Assembly (NCBI GenBank): GCA_030390025.1
Contig: CM059432.1
Span: 53,632,001 to 53,696,000 of the forward strand
DNA: 64,000 nt
Origin: Squalus acanthias
Taxonomy: Eukaryota
Direction of reading: 5' to 3'
Positions 62,095-64,000 of this stretch are shown piece after piece. A program made the position numbers and the translations under genes. Each line of letters begins with the position of its first letter. Positions within the stretch are counted from its first letter, which is position 1. The notes beneath the pieces are model-generated. The model was not told the DNA's origin. It made no database searches and saw only the letters and a list, made by a program, of their open reading frames with translations.

Positions 62095-62461
62095 TAGTCA
62101 TGATTATAGATACACATTTGGCTTATGCACCAAAGTCTTATTACACAGATTACATATATCAAATATACGGTCATTACAAGCTGGAGAACTACCAGAGCAC
62201 ATGAAATGATACGAACCTAAGGGTGAGCTGATATATAAACCCCAATATCCCACCAGTGTGAATCGTCCCTTATGCTGTCAATTTCAATATCTATTCTCGA
62301 GTTGTCTTGCTCCAAAACATAAAATTGCTTTGGGGAGGAGTTCAGTCGCATCACTGAGCTCACTGAATTCCTCAGACAACAGGAGAATGTCGTACCTGAA
62401 TTGTACCACATAACTGTGCAGCTCATACTGGATCGTATTGGCTTTTCCCACGCTCTGTTAC
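62095..62461 (-). pseudogene. env: Truncated env-like C-terminus (helical region, WWD motif, TM helix)
   Basis: Downstream of a tgttttgtag acceptor: ...LSEEFSELSDATELL/KQFYVLEQDNSRIDIEIDSIRDDSHWWDIGVYISAHP*VRIISCALVVLQLVMTVYLIYVICVI, located between integrase and PPT. Confidence 0.6.
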
Positions 62462-62614
62462 CTACAAAACACAATTATTACAGTCACAGTTATAATTCAG
62501 TATTACAATAATTAGCACGTCGACTAAGTACATACATTTCAAGTGACAATGATGCAAAACAAATAATACAGAAATTGTGAAGAAAGCTACAGTTTATCAT
62601 CTAACCAGGAATAT

Positions 62615-64000
62615 TTATTCTTTCACAGTTTTCAACTGATTGATATGGTACCATTTAGCCACCTTGGCCCTCCCCTTTTTCCCAGGGAATTGGACCAGAT
62701 AAACCGAAGGACTGGCCCTGTCAATAATCGGGAAGGGGCCATTCCACTTTGGTTCGAAGCAATGTTGCTTCTTCCCATAGTTTAGTACCATTATAACATC
62801 TCCCACTTGATACTCAAATGGCCGGACCTTCTTGTTGAAGTATTTCTTTGCCTGGTTTTTTGATTTGCCTGTTTGTGTAGCTACAAACATGTTAGTTTGT
62901 TCTATGTTCTCTACCACCATTTCAAGCCATTTTTGGTTGGCAATTCCCTGTAGTAAGGGTGTGGATGAAGGGGTTAACAGATGGACTGGCATTCGCATTA
63001 GTCGCCCGGTCATAGCCTGGTAGGGTGAGATACCCGTTGTGCTATGCGGGGTGAATCTAATAGCCATTAGACACATTGGCAACATACTGAACCATTTGGT
63101 GGGGTGATCTGCACAAAATTTGTTTAACAGAGTTTTCAGAGTTCGGTTTCCTCTTTCCACTACACCAGATGATTGTGGCTGATGGGAGATGTGAAGTCTA
63201 TGCGAAATACCCATTATCCATTGCAATTTGGTAAAAATTTGGGCGGTAAAGTGTGATCCCTGATCACTATCAACTTGAATTGGCACTCCCCACCTGCAGA
63301 TCACCTCACCCAATAGAAGGCGAGCTGCTGTGAATGCAGTGTTTGTTTTACATGAAAAAGCCTCCATTCATTTAGTAAATTTATCAACTATAACCAGGCA
63401 ATACCGCAAGCCAGAAGGTCCTGTAGGTAAGGGCCCTATAAAATCAATTTGAAGGTGGGTCCACGGCCCATCGGGAGGAGGGGGACTGCGCAACAGTGCC
63501 CGATTAGTGTGGGCACTTGGATTGTGCTGTAAACAGGGTAGACAACGATTCACCCTATGAGTGGCATCTGTGATGCAATCGGGATACCATACAAATTTGC
63601 GTAGTTTCTGAACAGTTGCGTCAGCTGAATAGTGCCCTCCTACCGGATGTGAGTGCAGGAGATCAAAAATTTCGGATGCCATGGATGGGGGAACACAGAC
63701 AACTGGGAGATCAGATGATAGCCACCGCATACGGGGGTTGAACATTAACAGGGGAGCAGCTTCCCCAGACTGATCCGGAGCCAATTGTGTGTCCGCAGCC
63801 CATGGAGTGGGCTGAGGTAACGGACATCCATTCTGATGCCATGCAATAACAACTGCATAGGGGGAATAACTGGACTGGAGGGAAGGGAGGTCAATGTCCC
63901 CACCTTGGATACTCGAGACTGATCCTAAGGGAGGGGTAGGGGCTTGCCAGAGGTCACCGTTAACAGCGGCGTCCTTGGCAGCATGATCTGCCTGTGAGTT
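62615..64000 (-). pseudogene. pol: pol 3' part: RNase H C-terminus plus integrase, one in-frame stop
   Basis: Single frame from the window edge: NSQADHAAKDAA, HHCC (H..GGH...CLPC), LQIDFIGPLP, VDSDQGSHF, PQSSGVVER, WNGPF; TGA at 63368-63370. Confidence 0.93.

Overview
Eukaryotic, repeat-dominated window with no supportable intact host gene. It is most likely intergenic or intronic DNA from a cartilaginous fish, inferred from a HE1-type V-SINE, Deu-domain SacSINE1-like SINEs and CR1 tails. PIF/Harbinger DNA transposons dominate. Three near-complete but decayed two-gene elements (29877-33840, ~33841-38306, ~55935-60600) each carry a DDE transposase plus a three-exon Myb/SANT gene, alongside several older relics and about ten non-autonomous elements with GG(G/C)..AATT ends and 3-bp TSDs. 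Also present are CR1, L2, RTE, a second CR1-group LINE, very old L1/Tx1-like fragments, a hAT transposase relic, a solo LTR, and a Penelope-like terminus containing a minimal hammerhead ribozyme motif. At the right edge is the 3' half of a retrovirus-like element: RNase H end, integrase, truncated env-like TM segment, PPT and 3' LTR. Family assignments are by motif recognition and manual translation only; no database search was run, and many boundaries are approximate.
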